Assembly: GCA_964199315.1 (NCBI GenBank)
Contig: OZ116706.1
Location: 15,562,001-15,626,000 of the forward strand
Direction: 5' to 3'
Length of the DNA: 64,000 nucleotides
DNA from: Orbicella franksi
Lineage: Eukaryota
This document shows, piece by piece, positions 34,001 to 47,000 of this stretch; within the stretch, counting starts at the first letter, position 1; every line of letters starts with the position of its first letter. A program made the position numbers and the translations under genes. Below the pieces are notes generated by a model. It was not told where the DNA came from. It ran no database searches and saw only the letters and a program-made list of their open reading frames with translations.

Positions 34001-34066
34001 TTCGACTGTTCCTTCTTTGCTTATTGGTGGAAGTTTCAAATATGAATCTCCAAACGCGAACGCCAT
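31013..34066 (-). CDS. 1017-aa Ser/Arg-rich disordered protein with 11 SxYDLxEFL helical repeats; function unknown
   Basis: Uninterrupted 3054-nt ORF from the first ATG (34066); recurring protein-level motif with synonymous variation between copies; no recognisable globular domain. Confidence 0.9.
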   Translation of the reverse strand: MAFAFGDSYLKLPPISKEGTVELDGENSKRGSGIVRDKHGLVRLPPIVRLDSLRSASSASRLRSETQTATEADSESDLSTLITPSKISHKMESLRHRNSTKFKKYTAKREDETKLIKDLAVKETNEDEARFFDGEEASHGKQKNRFRLGSNTPLDKSTDDEDLMPPYKESVMRRRGSSTFQTLGKLTRSHRLAKSSPELSNRKINLRRRPESTLSSLTAGLRSTSRSRLSQPRLSVHDIDGSTLSHLQDTSKTEEKQKEHEKQRRRNNHRWANDTANQPRSTPSSPVCSESVNKEIKQKGRKSLNDITDAMQFTDRRRPSLTPKKQNLIQESEALKIEGKSCVHNERERLPDHVPGADGHVDTLHPPKQGEKRHSLYDLQQILTLLQEENLKRQTSSTASTPRNTSATSSANDKASNASVYDLREFLMLAAAEASNASTGQTKKKTSASQHLLLPGQERENTRNERKGSVYDLMEFLSLGSVAESESSSASENSSRATSPRIVLSPGSPGSNDSLSVSTHSEEGRRSSTYDLMEFLSLSRSGGSSRSDSGQSTPALRGNDSSGVENEESELGRQKKENRSLSVYDLAEFLSMTSAVPPLVRVTPASDEEQTKASANLAQSSGAMNNHLNMPRQSVYDLREILNVLQQEHERKRESTYSLQEILSKMQREADEKSHLASGNAGSNEKDTLASPSLPMTASSGYSTASDSATSASAKYLEANTSNRQMSVYDLKEFLSLHAIQQSQPNQQQLSSAVLRRKFSGVSQSGVSIYVTDESNRSIDSEVFEDVFLPVPGIGTDPSGPSPKRGSVYDLREFLNILNDDESPLRRRLSSVSSASSKPSESEPESNSYTNSRNSDSAAANENITAGATRPQLSPRQDSGGSMSLYDLGEFLSLLNTDESPLRRRLSSASEIMAGEGEIRVRTPVLSRSDSEKGFYSLEEILTLMKDLEQKRISENTSGELEVGSGEEISLQVPTLPPKTDKINTQPLSSKKRLQSQRSLKSVPETSEVRSNISNSS

Positions 34067-36945
34067 GAAGAGTGTTCCAAAGCGCAATTTAAACCGCGAG
34101 AAAAAGGTTAAGTTTGTAAACAGCGTTTCAGTCGCTAAACCAGCGACACTATTGAAGTTGGCCTGGTAGAAAAGTCGTTGTATGGTTTCTACAACTCAAA
34201 CATCGCGAAGAAATAGCCGGCCATCTCCAGTTTTAATCCGTAAATGATGTTTTGAGACCGGAAAGAGCGCAATTGACGGAAAAAGTATTAAATTTGACGT
34301 CGGCAAAACAACGGATAGTCGCACTGCATAAATTAGCCCGTGAGCCCTATTTTCGGTGTGAATGTTTTTACTTGGCCAATTGCAGCCGGATGTAAATGAA
34401 ACTACCAATGAGAAAAGACCATTGACAACAGCCGCTTACTAAAAGCAGTCTTCTTTAACCATTAATGTCCCTTTTATGTCCGAAAGAAGGAAACAATATT
34501 TAAAGCGAATCGTGACAGGGAACGAGTAGGTTTTAATAATATGAGCTAAAAGCTGTGAACGAAAACATAAATGAAAACTCAACCCTATTAAGTTACCAGA
34601 GGCCCAATTGTGTCTCAACTACAATGTTAACTTTCATTTTGGGTGAATTTTAATTATATCCTTTTCGTTAAGAAGACATATGCTAAAGCGTGTCATATGT
34701 GTTAGTCTTACAGTCTTAATTCTGTAAATAAGGCCCCGGCCTCGCATCTGCAGGTGTAAACCGACTCAAATTATGCAGCTTGACAAAGACCTGTCGCTTC
34801 TTCTCGCTTTTAACTTGTTTGTATTTTTATCGACGTGAGCTTTCTTCCAATTGCATTGTGACACGCGCGCTTTTTTGCACTCGATAAAGTTCTCAATTTA
34901 TTTGTTAAAGTACCCATTGGATCAAGTTTTCTGTCTCATTAATCCTTTCACGAAAGTTGCAAATCTTCACCTTTAAATCATGTCCAAAACAAGAGAAAAA
35001 GTTCCCTTGGACTAATTGCAATTAACATCTTTGCTGAAATGAAAGAACCTTTTATAATTTAAATCATCTTAAGCGGTTCTCTTTTCCGATCTCTGTTCAC
35101 TGCAGGATTTAGATTTTCACGGAACTTCTAGTCATCCCAATGAAAAGGAATATTACGCAGACTAAAGACTTGTTTGTTTTGCAGCCGCCTGTAATGGTGT
35201 TATTTCGTAAACACGATTCCATGCTAAAAGGAAATTAGCAATTTTCACAGGAAAAAACTGCAACTTCACGCCGATTAGAAATTTACATAACCGTGGGCGT
35301 TCTGAGTCTCGATTCATGGACTTACTGCACGGCGAAGAAGTATACCAGCCGGTCTCGATATCAGATCTTTTAGCGCGTTTTATAGCTATGTGACAACTCA
35401 TGCGTCTTCGTCACCGGACGGTTTCCAGAGTATCTCACAATTATTAAAGCGTATTACAAGAGTATCTTCCTTGCACAGTCAATTTTTCAGTGCGTTTCTT
35501 CCTTTAACATTTTAGTAGCTATTTTTAACAAGGGGGCGAGATTAATGACTCGGGCAAAGCTTGCTTCAGGCACCCTAAATTTTGTCCGTCGAAAACTTAC
35601 TTTCGTTTGGGAAGATTTAACTAAGTATAACTGAACTGCAAACTTTGTGCAAATTTTTGATTTTTTAATTCGTGTTACAAAAAGTTAAAACGCATAATAG
35701 CGATGTTTTGGATAGTGTTTCCTTTAGCTTGTAAATATTTTTTTCCCTTCAGGCATATTGTAAGATAACATCATAATGGTAATTGGCGAAAATGTTTGTA
35801 TAAAAATAGCAGCTTGACAGGACAACGAGCTCTAGGTTGCGATATAAATGTTTACTTTTTCTCTACTGCGCCTAAATTGTTTTTATCTCTCTTGAGTACA
35901 ATTTAGTCGTCTCAAGTTCTTTTGAAAATAATAACTGCGCATTTAAGTGACTCGATATTTATCACCCCAGCTCCAAACCAATCTTTGATTGGCGTGCTAT
36001 AAAAGACATATTTTATTTACATAGCTTTTACATGAAGTTAGTCGGAGACGTTTGATTGCGACCTTGACAGCTGGGTAATTTTTTTCTTTTAGCTCGTTCT
36101 GTTTTTGGGGAAACTTTTATCCGGGAGGTGAGAATGTTTGAAAAATAACTTGTGTGTGTGTGGAAAAAGTCGCTTGGCGGACCGAAAAAGCTTTCAGTTC
36201 TGACATGTGCTGCAGCTCAGTTTTTTCTTTTCGCAGGATTGAAAATCTGAATTTTTTTTCAATCTTCTGACACCATCACACTTATAAAGGAATTAGTTGT
36301 CTCCAAACTGACATGGCGTTCTTTCCCATGTTTCTAATTTTGGCACCTATTTCACATCCCTGATGGCTCTTTCAACGTTTTTGCTCAGCAGAGATGCTCC
36401 AGAATTGATGTTGTCTTTTCAGATCAAGGAATAAGAAATATTACCGAGATGCGTGATACGTGATAAGGGCAAAAATTAATGTGTGACATGTGAAAAGCAA
36501 CTTAAAGAGATAAGTGATTCGGGAATTTACGAAAGAAAAGCATTAATTATTAAAAGTAGGCAAAAGTATACGTGACACGTGAACTGTGTTAAAATCCGCG
36601 CGTGAAACGTGATCACAATCCACCGAAGGAAAAAACATGGCGGCTGCACATTTTACCACAATGCACTGCGAGCCTAACACAGCCTATAAGGCACAAAGAA
36701 AGCCTTTTTTTTTTAACAATATTCGTCCCTGTTCCAAGGACATTAAGTTGCCTAAGTTTGAAGATTTTATAACGTTTCTGTATGTTTTTATGAACGTTGT
36801 TAAGAGTTTCGTGCGTTAAGAACTATGGGTAAATGTACCAGTCGCCATCTATTTTCCCACGGAGGATTAATCTCCCCTTTGTTGTGTAGCGTGCATATTT
36901 TTATGGACTACGCACGCGCACCGAAGAGAAAAGTCAATCGAGTGC

Positions 36946-37152
36946 CAATCTCGTTCCCAGAGTCTTCGTTCCCCTTGACCAGCGGTCGGAAAACGAGAGC
37001 TCTGGGAGCAACCATTTCAGGCGCACGCCATAGATGCAGGCTGCGCAGTGAAACCGGATGGGCAGAATTCGGTTATTTCAAAATGGTTGCCCCCAGAGCT
37101 CTCGTTGTTTGACCGCTTGTTAAGGGGAACGAAGACTCTAGGAACGAGATTG
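36946..37152. mobile_element. 207-bp long-TIR MITE with perfect 9-bp TSD
   Basis: caatctcgttcccagagtcttcgttcccc.. / ..ggggaacgaagactctaggaacgagattg; ATCGAGTGC at 36937-45 and 37153-61. Confidence 0.9.
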
Positions 37153-37721
37153 ATCGAGTGCTGAAGCTGCGAGCCTACAGTGAGGTTTGGGGGCATGCCC
37201 CCCGGCCCCGCCGCCTCCCAGGAAAGTTTCAATTTTAGGGACTCAGAAATGCCATTCCACGTTTTCCAGGGGGGAGGGTTTCATGCATCAAAACATGGTA
37301 AAACAGTTTAGTATTTAGTGACTTATATTGTTTATATGTCAACCTTTAGGATAATTGATGATAGAAGAGACGGGAGACTGTCCAATATATGTTTTTCCTG
37401 ATTTCCGGAGTTACTCAGACACGTACGTGCGTCGCCCTTGCTACGATGGACATTTTCTAATTTATTGTTCTGTTCGTTAAACTGACCTGCCAACTGAAAC
37501 TACTTTGAGACATTCAGGAAGTTTAAACTAGTTGATACTACTGATCATGTAGAGGTCAATATTCGAACTGTGAGCGGAGAATATAGCCTATGATCACGAA
37601 CAGGTATCCAATTGATACCGGCTGCAGACTGCAAAACAGCCTTAATTTAGTAATCTTCACTTTTAAACTTGATAATGATTCTAAGCTTGATAATAATTCA
37701 CTTCGCAGTTATCTTCACTTT

Positions 37722-37760
37722 TAAGATTGATAATGACCGAAGCTCGGTCGAAACGTCGCG
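37722..37760 (+). ncRNA. Candidate minimal hammerhead ribozyme, U3-A8 core variant
   Basis: TTGATAA-T-GACCGA agc TCGGTC-GAAA-CG-TC; perfect 6-bp helix II and palindromic ACGT helix III, but helix I is poorly paired in this copy. Confidence 0.45.
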
Positions 37761-38670
37761 CGCTTTTACCGTTAGTTTTTACTTCAATTTTTTTTTGTTT
37801 CGTTTGCGGTACCTTGCATCATTTGTGTGTAATTTTTGCAAACGCGTGCGGAACATTTTGTAGTCAGTCGATTCACCTGCCTGATTCGTTTTATGCCTCC
37901 AGATCTAAAGACGTCCACAAGTTGCCCCGGCAAGTTTCTCCGCAACATTTTGGCAACCTCCCATATTTACGAACAGCGTGTTTTCTTACCGTCAACTTTT
38001 TGAATTTTAAACAATTTTAAGCTATTTCTTAAAATGGGATCAGTTTTCATGTGTTTTCATTGATTTATTACCGTTTACTTTTTCTACAAAATGTGTTTCG
38101 CAGGAGCTTGGTAGGCCTGTGGCTTAAGCCAGGGCAATCTTCTTAAGCCAGCGGCTGTCTCAATCTCGCTCCAGGGTCCTCTCTCTACCTCGAGAAAATA
38201 GACAGAGGACCCTGGGGATGAAGTTGCGCAATTAAAATGGCGGAGGAGCGATTTGACCATTCAAAATTTCGCCACAGCTGGACTTGTGTTTAGTCTATTC
38301 GAGGAAGCGTTTTCAAAGCAGCAAGATACAGCTTTGGAAGAAACTGTCGAGGCATCGATCATGCTACGAAACAATGGTTTGAGCAACATCGAGCAACTCC
38401 TGGACATAATCGGTCCGACCCCAAGGAGCTCCAGGGATTGCCAAGAAAGAGTTTTTTCTGTATTTGTGAAAGTGAAACATAGTCAAGCATGATTAATTGA
38501 ACTTTTCAGAGGAACTCTTAGGACAAGCAAGAAATTCTGCAAGGCATGGGACGCTGAGCCGATAATATTTACACTTTCTGAAAGAAATTCAAAGAGGAAG
38601 AAAGCAGGAAAGAAGGGAAACTGGACAGTTTATCCGTATTTGGGCATCGAACGTCCCTTAACTGTCCCTG

Positions 38671-38740
38671 ATTGGCTGCTGGTTATCGCACGCGGGAAAA
38701 CTTGAATTGATTGAAAATCTCAGAGCGCGCCAACTTCAAA
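38671..38740 (+). promoter_or_regulatory. Cell-cycle promoter of the RNR large subunit (CCAAT, E2F, CHR-like)
   Basis: ATTGG 38671, GCGGGAAA 38692 followed by CTTGAA 38701, GCGCGCCAA 38725, TTCAAA 38735; 100-170 nt upstream of the ATG. Confidence 0.6.
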
Positions 38741-38839
38741 CCACTTTCCTCACCTCGCGCGCAAGGTCTACTTCGGTCGAGATTTTCTTCCTCAATTTTG
38801 CTTTGTACTCGTTCTTAGCTTTAGAAGTTTCTTTTTAAC

Positions 38840-40966
38840 ATGGCTGACAATCTGAAAGAAGAGGAGTCACCTGAAAACTTGTTCAACTACGTCATCAAAC
38901 GCAGTGAGTTTTGAGTTATTCCACGGGACGACCGACATCTTGGTCGCCTGTTTGTATTCAGTATCTTGGTTAAACTCAATGATCTTCTTCTTTTTCAGAT
39001 AAAAAGCGTCAGGAGATTTTTTTGGACAAGATTACTGCACGGATCCAAAGACTAAGCTATGGCCTGTCCGAATTTGTCTGTCCGGTAAGTTAAATTTTCT
39101 ATGAAAGCGCTAGCTCGTCCCCGCGAATCGATCAAAATCAACATGGTCGCTCGATGGTTCCTCTTTTGGCGCCAAAGTACAAACGAACTGAACAAACCTT
39201 CGATATTTCATCGCAAATCGTATATCTTTCTTCAACAGGCTTTCAATTTTTGGGCAATCCAGTCGAAAATCTTTAGGAACTCGAAATACTTTTGTCGTCT
39301 TCGCATAGGGTTCAAGGATTTTCGCGCGCAATTTCAAACGTTCGTGCCTCAAGCTTACCTTTGTAGCGGTGGATACCGGATCACACTAATTTGAACACTA
39401 CGGCCTTGATTTCAAACCTTTGAGACGTTTACAATTTAAGAAATGCCCTTCGATCTTCGATTGTTTTGAAACCAACAAGCCTTCAGTACCTGTTGAATCG
39501 ATCACACGAGTACGCGGGCGAAAATCGAATTTACAAGCCTAAATATCGATACTTAACTAGGAAAATGTCAGTTTAAGCGTAAGTTTAATTAAGTTAAACA
39601 CATTAAATAATTGAGGGTTTCTACATTTGGCAGGAGTCGAGATATTTCTCCGAGAAAGGCGCGAAATGTCTAACGTCGCCGTATCATTATCACATCACAA
39701 AGCAAATGTACATTGTACTTTCAACTATAAGCTTATGATCAGATGATTGCAAAATCTAGCTCTGCAAACTTGTAAAGCGTTTTTTTACTTTTTTCGAACA
39801 CGTTGCAAAATTATGGAAAAATCACTTTCATGTATATTTACGACGAGATTACAGCAAAATGGATTCATTTTGCTCATTTCACTTCACTTTCATTCATTTT
39901 ACTTGCTCATTCTTATTCCATGTGGTCAAACTTTGATGATTAATTTGTAACCACCTTAAATGTTAAAATATAGTAATAGACCACGTTACAAACACAGCCC
40001 TGAAGATTGTAAGAAATTTATTGGTCTTCCACATCATCAGCAATAATTAAAAAAATGTTTGTTTTCTATTTTTTTTTTTTTTAATTCAGTTTGAAATCAC
40101 CAAGAAAGTTATCGCTGGAATCTATCCTGGAGTACAAACAACAGAACTGGACACCCTTGCTGCAGAGGTTGCTGCATCAATGACCACTATTCACCCTGAC
40201 TATGCCATCCTTGCAGCCAGAATTGAAGTTTCTAATCTTCAGAAGGAAACAAAGAAGTTGTTTAGTGGTAGGCTTTATAACTTAATGTATTGATCAACAT
40301 CCCCCCTGGTATACCCCAGACATTTTACTTGTTGATGTTCCCCTGGGGATGGGAATTTGTCCAATTGTAGATTTAAAATGTCTAATGTGCAGGGGTAGGG
40401 GGGTGCGGTGGCTTGGGGGATATTTAAGTCTCCAATTAATTTATAATCTAGTGTCCTAGGACACAAAATGTCTTATCTAGTCATGGAATTTTATTGTTTG
40501 ATTGGTACAAGGATGGCAACAAAAATCACATTGCAAACCTTGATAATGGGAAAATTTTGACAGCAACATTGGTCTCATGTCTCATCACTCTTCTGATCTC
40601 TATAGATCGTTTTCACTGTCACGCAATAAAAAAAAAAAATCGAAAACCATCCGGTGGAAAAAAACTATGAAATTATGATGTTATAGAAGATAACTAAATA
40701 AGCCACTTCTCCAAGTTTTAGGCCTGTGTGTTTCCCCAAACTTCAGATATTCGTCAAAATGTTTTGCCAATATTTACAGAGCGCAGTATGAAAATGCCAT
40801 GTTGGTGTACCTCCGTGGTACACCAATATGGCGGCTGGAAAATAGTATAAACAGCTGGCGTTAATGCTTGTAGGATCAGTTTGCAATTTCCCATCAGAAA
40901 AGATTGTTCACGCTGTATTTCTAAAAGCTTTTTTTTAGTATGGGCTGTTTCAATCTAGTTTAGGTT

Positions 40967-41024
<58 letters not shown>

Positions 41025-44000
41025 GGCCTTAAATGGTTTAATTGACTGGGATTTTAATTTTTGTAGTTTTAAAGATATTCATGGGTATAACACGAGAAGT
41101 AAAGACAACATTTGTAAGCCTCCATCCCGTCGCTCCTGGGGACAAAAGCGTCTTATTTACAATGCCGTTAATGAATGGAACACTTTACCCGATGAAGTTA
41201 GGAACAGTATCAGTATTTTTAATTTTAAAAGTCGAATTAGGGGTATTTCTTAATTTTTAATTATCTTTTTTTTTTTTTTTTTTTACTGTTTTCTATATTT
41301 CTATTAGTACAATGGTTAAATGTTATTATTTTTAATCTACTATTTCTTTAGCTTTTGCAATTTTATTTTTGCAGGGCCCCACTGAAAACCACATGTATGT
41401 GAAGTGGGCTCCCTGTTGAAAGATCTTTATGATTATTATTATTTTGACCTTACTTTGGCTATCGAGGGGACTGATTATCAGTACTGATCAAACAAGCATT
41501 TACATAAGCATTTTTCCTAATGCTTTAACTTCTAAAAAGGCTCAAAATCATGGGATAAGTATATATTTTTTGACAAACACGATCATAGCCTTGTGTCATG
41601 CACCTCCATAACCCTGAAATTCAAAATGCTCTGGATTCCAACAAAGCATGCTATTGAGCTGTAAAATTGTAAGCAGATATAAATATACTGCCTCTTGTGC
41701 CTGATGAGGACAAAAACTTTGGTGGCTCTTTCGTTTTTGATTTTAGAAAGTGATGACGTCACATGAAAACAATCTATTAAATGCACATAATCTTTCTTAT
41801 GAAGGTTAGGTTTATTCCCTACATTGTATTTCCCTTTTGTCTTTTTTGTTAATAAGAGCATTCTATATTTTCTCAGATGTAATGACGGATCTGTACAACT
41901 ATGTCAACCCTAAGAATGGGAAACATTCTCCACTGATCTCTAAGGAGACACATGAGATCATCATGAATAATGCTGATGTAAGTGAAAAAAACTCAAATTC
42001 TTCTTAAGACTTTGAAAATTCTATTAATTGTGATCTAATGTAGTTTCAGATTTTAATTTTGTTATTTGGTAAGTGTACAGAAAAGTGAACACAAAGACTG
42101 CTGATGCTATATAGATGCTTTATTTGAGATAATATAGCAATTCTTTCAGCACATTGGTGACATTGCTAAACAAAATCAATGATTACTTCCCTGTTTTAAT
42201 TAGTAAACTTGGTCCGAGTTTCTAAAAAAATTACATTGCTCCCTTTTTCAGAGACTCAACTCTGCTATCATTTATGACCGTGACTATCACTACAATTACT
42301 TTGGGGTGAAGGTATGTCAAACTTTTTTTGTCCATCAAAACTGTCTTTTCCACTCTTACGTTTGTATAAATAAAAGGTGTTCCTAATATTTTGCAGACCT
42401 TAATGAGATCTTACCTGCTAAAGATCAACGGCAAAGTGGCGGAAAGGCCAGCACACATGTTGATGCGAGTTTCAGTTGGAATCCACAAGGATGACATTGA
42501 TGCTGCCATTGAAACTTATAATTTGATGTCTGAGAAGTGGTTCACACATGCCTCGCCGACACTTTTCAATTCTGGCACTTGTAAACCACAGCTGTCAAGC
42601 TGTTTCTTGCTGACAATGTCAGATGACAGCATTGATGGCATTTATGAAACGCTGATGACTTGTGCTAGAATCTCAAAATCAGCTGGTGGAATTGGTATTA
42701 ATGTGCATAATATCAGAGCTGCTGGGAGCTACATAGCAGGGGTAAGGCCACGGTTTTATTTTATTTTGTATCAGTTATATAATTTTTAAATTTGTATGCA
42801 AAGTAGTTAAAAAGGAGGTAAAAACCAGGCTAATTATTTTTGAACATCATATTGCTGTTTGTTGGGTGCAGCTACCTTGAGGAGGTAATCTCACAAACAT
42901 CATTTGATTTTTATTTATTCATTTATTTATTAAATATTTGCACAGAAGAAAGAAATTTATTAATGTAAGTTGAACTAAATAATTTTTGCCATGGCTCTGC
43001 ATGGGCATAAGAAAAAAAAAGACAGAGAAAGTAACGTGGAAAAAGAAGTTTCAAACTACCGTGTTGAACAGGAAAACATTAAATAGCTTATTACAGCAGG
43101 TATCAAAAATGTCCGGTACAATTAAAACTAAAAGTTTATCACTTTTTTGATAAAACTAGACAAAATTTTTGTCTATTTCCATTTCAACCAGACCAATGGA
43201 GTCTCAAACGGTCTGGTACCGATGTTGCGGGTTTACAATGCGACTGCAAGGTATGTTGACCAAGGAGGCAACAAGAGACCAGGAGCCTTTGCTATATACT
43301 TGGAACCCTGGCACAGCGATATCTTTGATTTCTTGGACTTAAGGAAGAACACAGGAAAAGAAGAACAGGTATAGGAAGAGATCTATTTTGCTTTTCACTG
43401 CCTAATGGTATCCATGCAGAGGGACATTACTAAAGCTTTTTAAAAACATGGCTGTACAATGAAAGTACTTGTAGGTGATGGTGACTTCAAGACGGGCCTC
43501 CTTTGACTGTTGTGGTTTGGTTATATAGAAACGTCAAGATACCAGTTCCAATTAGTAATAATTAGCTACTGGCATCTTATGGCAGCCTTGAAGGCAGAAG
43601 CCCCCCACCCAAGTCAAGATTTTACTAATTTATTGTGATATTCTTTTCTGTCTAGCGTGCTCGTGACTTGTTCTATGCTTTGTGGATTCCTGACCTCTTT
43701 ATGAGGCGTGTGGAGAGTGATGGGATGTGGTCACTTATGTGTCCTAATGAGTGCCCTGGTCTACAGGACTGCTGGGGAGAAGCTTTTGACAAGCTTTATG
43801 AAAGGTATTTTACTAAATCATTATTAGTTGATGCTCAGTCACTGGTTTATCATTGACATGCAATGCCTGATGGAAAGGATGTCCAGTGGTGGTGATTTGA
43901 TAACACTGATTTTGATGCTCTGAAGGACTGCGAAGGTTTCCAGGGTGTGTGCTGCTCATGACTTTAACATATAACAGTATTTATACTGTACAGGTTGTCA

Positions 44001-47000
44001 CGTGTCTTTGAAAGTTTGAGTTGGGAGATCAATTTTGTCATTGAAAAGCCTTAGGAAACTCCTTGATTAGTTGATTTGACTGTCTGAATTCTGGTTACAT
44101 GTTTGGAATAAGTGGAGCTAGTGGGAATGCTTGTTCATTTTGTACCATGGGGACAATTTTTCATATTGCTCTTTAACCTAACACAGCTACGAGGAGCAAG
44201 GAAAATTCCGCCGACAAATCAAAGCTCAAAAGCTGTGGTTTGCGATCTTGGAAGCACAGACAGAGACTGGCACACCATACATGTTATACAAAGATGCATG
44301 CAACAGAAAGAGTAACCAACAGGTGAGTTGATGAGGTATGCTATCATTGCTGCCATTGCCATTTCTGCTCCATCTCCTTCCCATCACCAGGTTGGAATGT
44401 GCTGTCTGGGAGAAGTACAGGTTCCTGCTGGCAAAGTAACTTTTCATTGTCACTTGCCCGATAGGCAAGGACCCAGACAAGTTGTCTTCTAACTAAATAA
44501 CAAAAGTAAGCTAGACTTGCCCAGGCAAGCAAAATTTAAGAGCTGCTTGTCAAAGGGCAAGCTAGAATTCAAGTTTTTTTCAAGCCCTGCCCATCATCAT
44601 CTCTTCCTCTCTTCAAGGTAGACTCCTTTCCATTGTGTGGGCAATGTGCTCTGCTCCCGGGTATAACAACCTGATAGTCTGTCTAAGAAACACTTGACTG
44701 TGCAATGTGAGTGTTGGGGTGGGGATGTTAAAAGCTGCCCTGCCTCCTCTGAGCTTGATCTTGCTGTGCTATTGAGCTGCTCACAAGCCACTGTAGAAGA
44801 ACAGAATCTTCTCATAACATAATCTTCTGATACAAGCAAACTGATCTCCTGTATACTAAGTAGTTTATCATATCTTCTCTTCATTTCCTTGGAATGATCG
44901 TTTTCTTAAAAAAAATTGTACAAACAAGTAAATTTATTTACTCTAACACTAAAATGTTTACTTCACTATTAGAATGTTGGAACCATCAAATGCAGCAATC
45001 TTTGCACAGAAATTGTGGAGTACAGCAGTCCAGATGAAGTATGTTTCCTTAATAGCATATTGTTACTTATTTTAAGTTAAAAATGGCAGTCAATTTTTTT
45101 GTTTTCTTTTGTGCTCTCTCAATCTTTTTTATCTGAAAGATAGTCTGCAATTCTGAACCCCAGAAACTCCCAAGTAGCGATTTTGCCTGCCTGGTTTGAC
45201 CATCTAGAGAAACATTTTCCCTACAACAAGGTTCAGTTCAAAATGTTTTCCCTGTCTTTGAAGACCAGTTGCCTTCCTTGTGAAACATTGATGAAACTTC
45301 TGATTGCCATCAGAAGCTGTTAGTGGCATACATGTAAAATGCTTTTCTCTTTCTCATACAGGTTGCTGTCTGTAACTTGGCCTCACTTGCACTCAACAAA
45401 TTTGTTATGACTGATGAAAGGCCAGTGCAGTTTAATTTCCAAAAACTCTTTGAGGTTACCCAGGTAAATACGTGCTAAAATTATAGAAAGTGAAAAAGAA
45501 AAATTGACTTTGTATATTACATGTACCTTAGTTATAGCTGCAGACTGTGATTTCTTCAGATTAAGTTGTCTTATTTGTTCTGTCTTTTTTTGACAGGTGG
45601 TAACACGCAACTTAAACAAAATAATTGATATCAACTACTATCCAGTGAAGGAGGTGTGTTTGAAAAAATTGATTTTTGTATATGGTACTCTGCTTATAGT
45701 AGAAGCTTACAAGTAATGTGCAATTCAGTGGATTATCATTGACGGCAACTTGTAATTAGTTTATTTGTTTACTTATTACCTTCCCTACATTAATCTTATT
45801 TTTGTTTCATCAGGCTGAAAGATCAAACAAGAGACACAGGCCTATCGGCATTGGAGTACAGGTAAAATCACTTGTGGAAAATTAAATATAGGAATACCTT
45901 GTGCTAATTTGACCAACAAATATATCTTTAAACATGGTTTGTTTTGACAAGGTATTAACCCCAGCCTATTTACCATATTCAAACCATTTACCAACCCTTA
46001 AGACATGTTACACAGGGAAATTGTTCTTGCAGTTTGTAAGGTAAAATGTCTCTGGAAAAGTGGTCCAGACGGCCAGCTAAGTTAATGTTACCGTATACCT
46101 TCAGGGGTGTCTCACGTCCAAGCGATGTAGCGCGTCCGGTTTAAGCTGTAGATACCTAAACCCCTATATCAAATTAAAGCTTATAGAGCTGGCTATCAAA
46201 CCATACCAAAAATTTTGAAATAAAATGAAGTGCCGATTTTTTCACGGCCACTAAATGCGAGCGTCCTAATCACCTTTTGGAAGCTACAAGTCAAAGCGAA
46301 TTTTGTTTTTTGCCAATTTATTTTTTTCCTCGGTTTCAGGACAAAAAGCGCTAAAAAAGCGTGTCTGCGTTTTGCCATATTCAATTGCAGTAAAAAGTTA
46401 CAGAACATTTTCAAAATAGGATTTAAAAAATGTGAAGTGACCGTACAAAAATTGCTCTCGGAGAAAAAATATTTCGAAATAAACAATTCGCAGACACATT
46501 TTTGGTTTTTATATGTTAATCTAGCTACTGTCCAAATTTGAGGGCAATCAAACAAATCCCCTTTGAGTTGTAACTCTTTAAAGTGTCTGGTTCAAGCGAA
46601 AAAATTTATTTGAGAAAACAGTGCTAAGAAAAATCTCTTGCTTCGCAAACAAACTCCGCCCACAAACGCCTTCAACTGGGTTCTCAGATCACTGAGCCAA
46701 TCAGCGCTTGGAAAATTTACTACCATTAACTCGCGGTGAAATTTACGCGTTAATCTCGAAAAAACCCTTGTGTTTCGCAATGCGCTCAAGGCGGAGAGAT
46801 AATTTTTCTGTAGCTCGGTTTTTCTTGAAGCTGGTCTGGCAAAATGGGGAAGACGAAAAAGGATACGAATGTTAGAGTAGCTGGGCGATGAGAACAAACT
46901 GAACAAAAGAAAGCGAAAGAATTTTGTTTTCAGAAATTAGAGATTACTCTTCGACCATTACTTTGAACCAAAAATCCAAATTTGAAGAAAATTGCCGATC

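Noticed and set aside
34067-34087. ORF-track start at 34087
   Set aside because: It is a TTG; the first ATG is at 34066.
32533-34169. Plus-strand ORFs of 68-191 aa
   Set aside because: Antisense shadows of the 1017-aa ORF with no independent motifs.
38235-38640. Small gene upstream of RRM1
   Set aside because: Frameshifts and stops; probably a decayed transposon fragment that I cannot assign.
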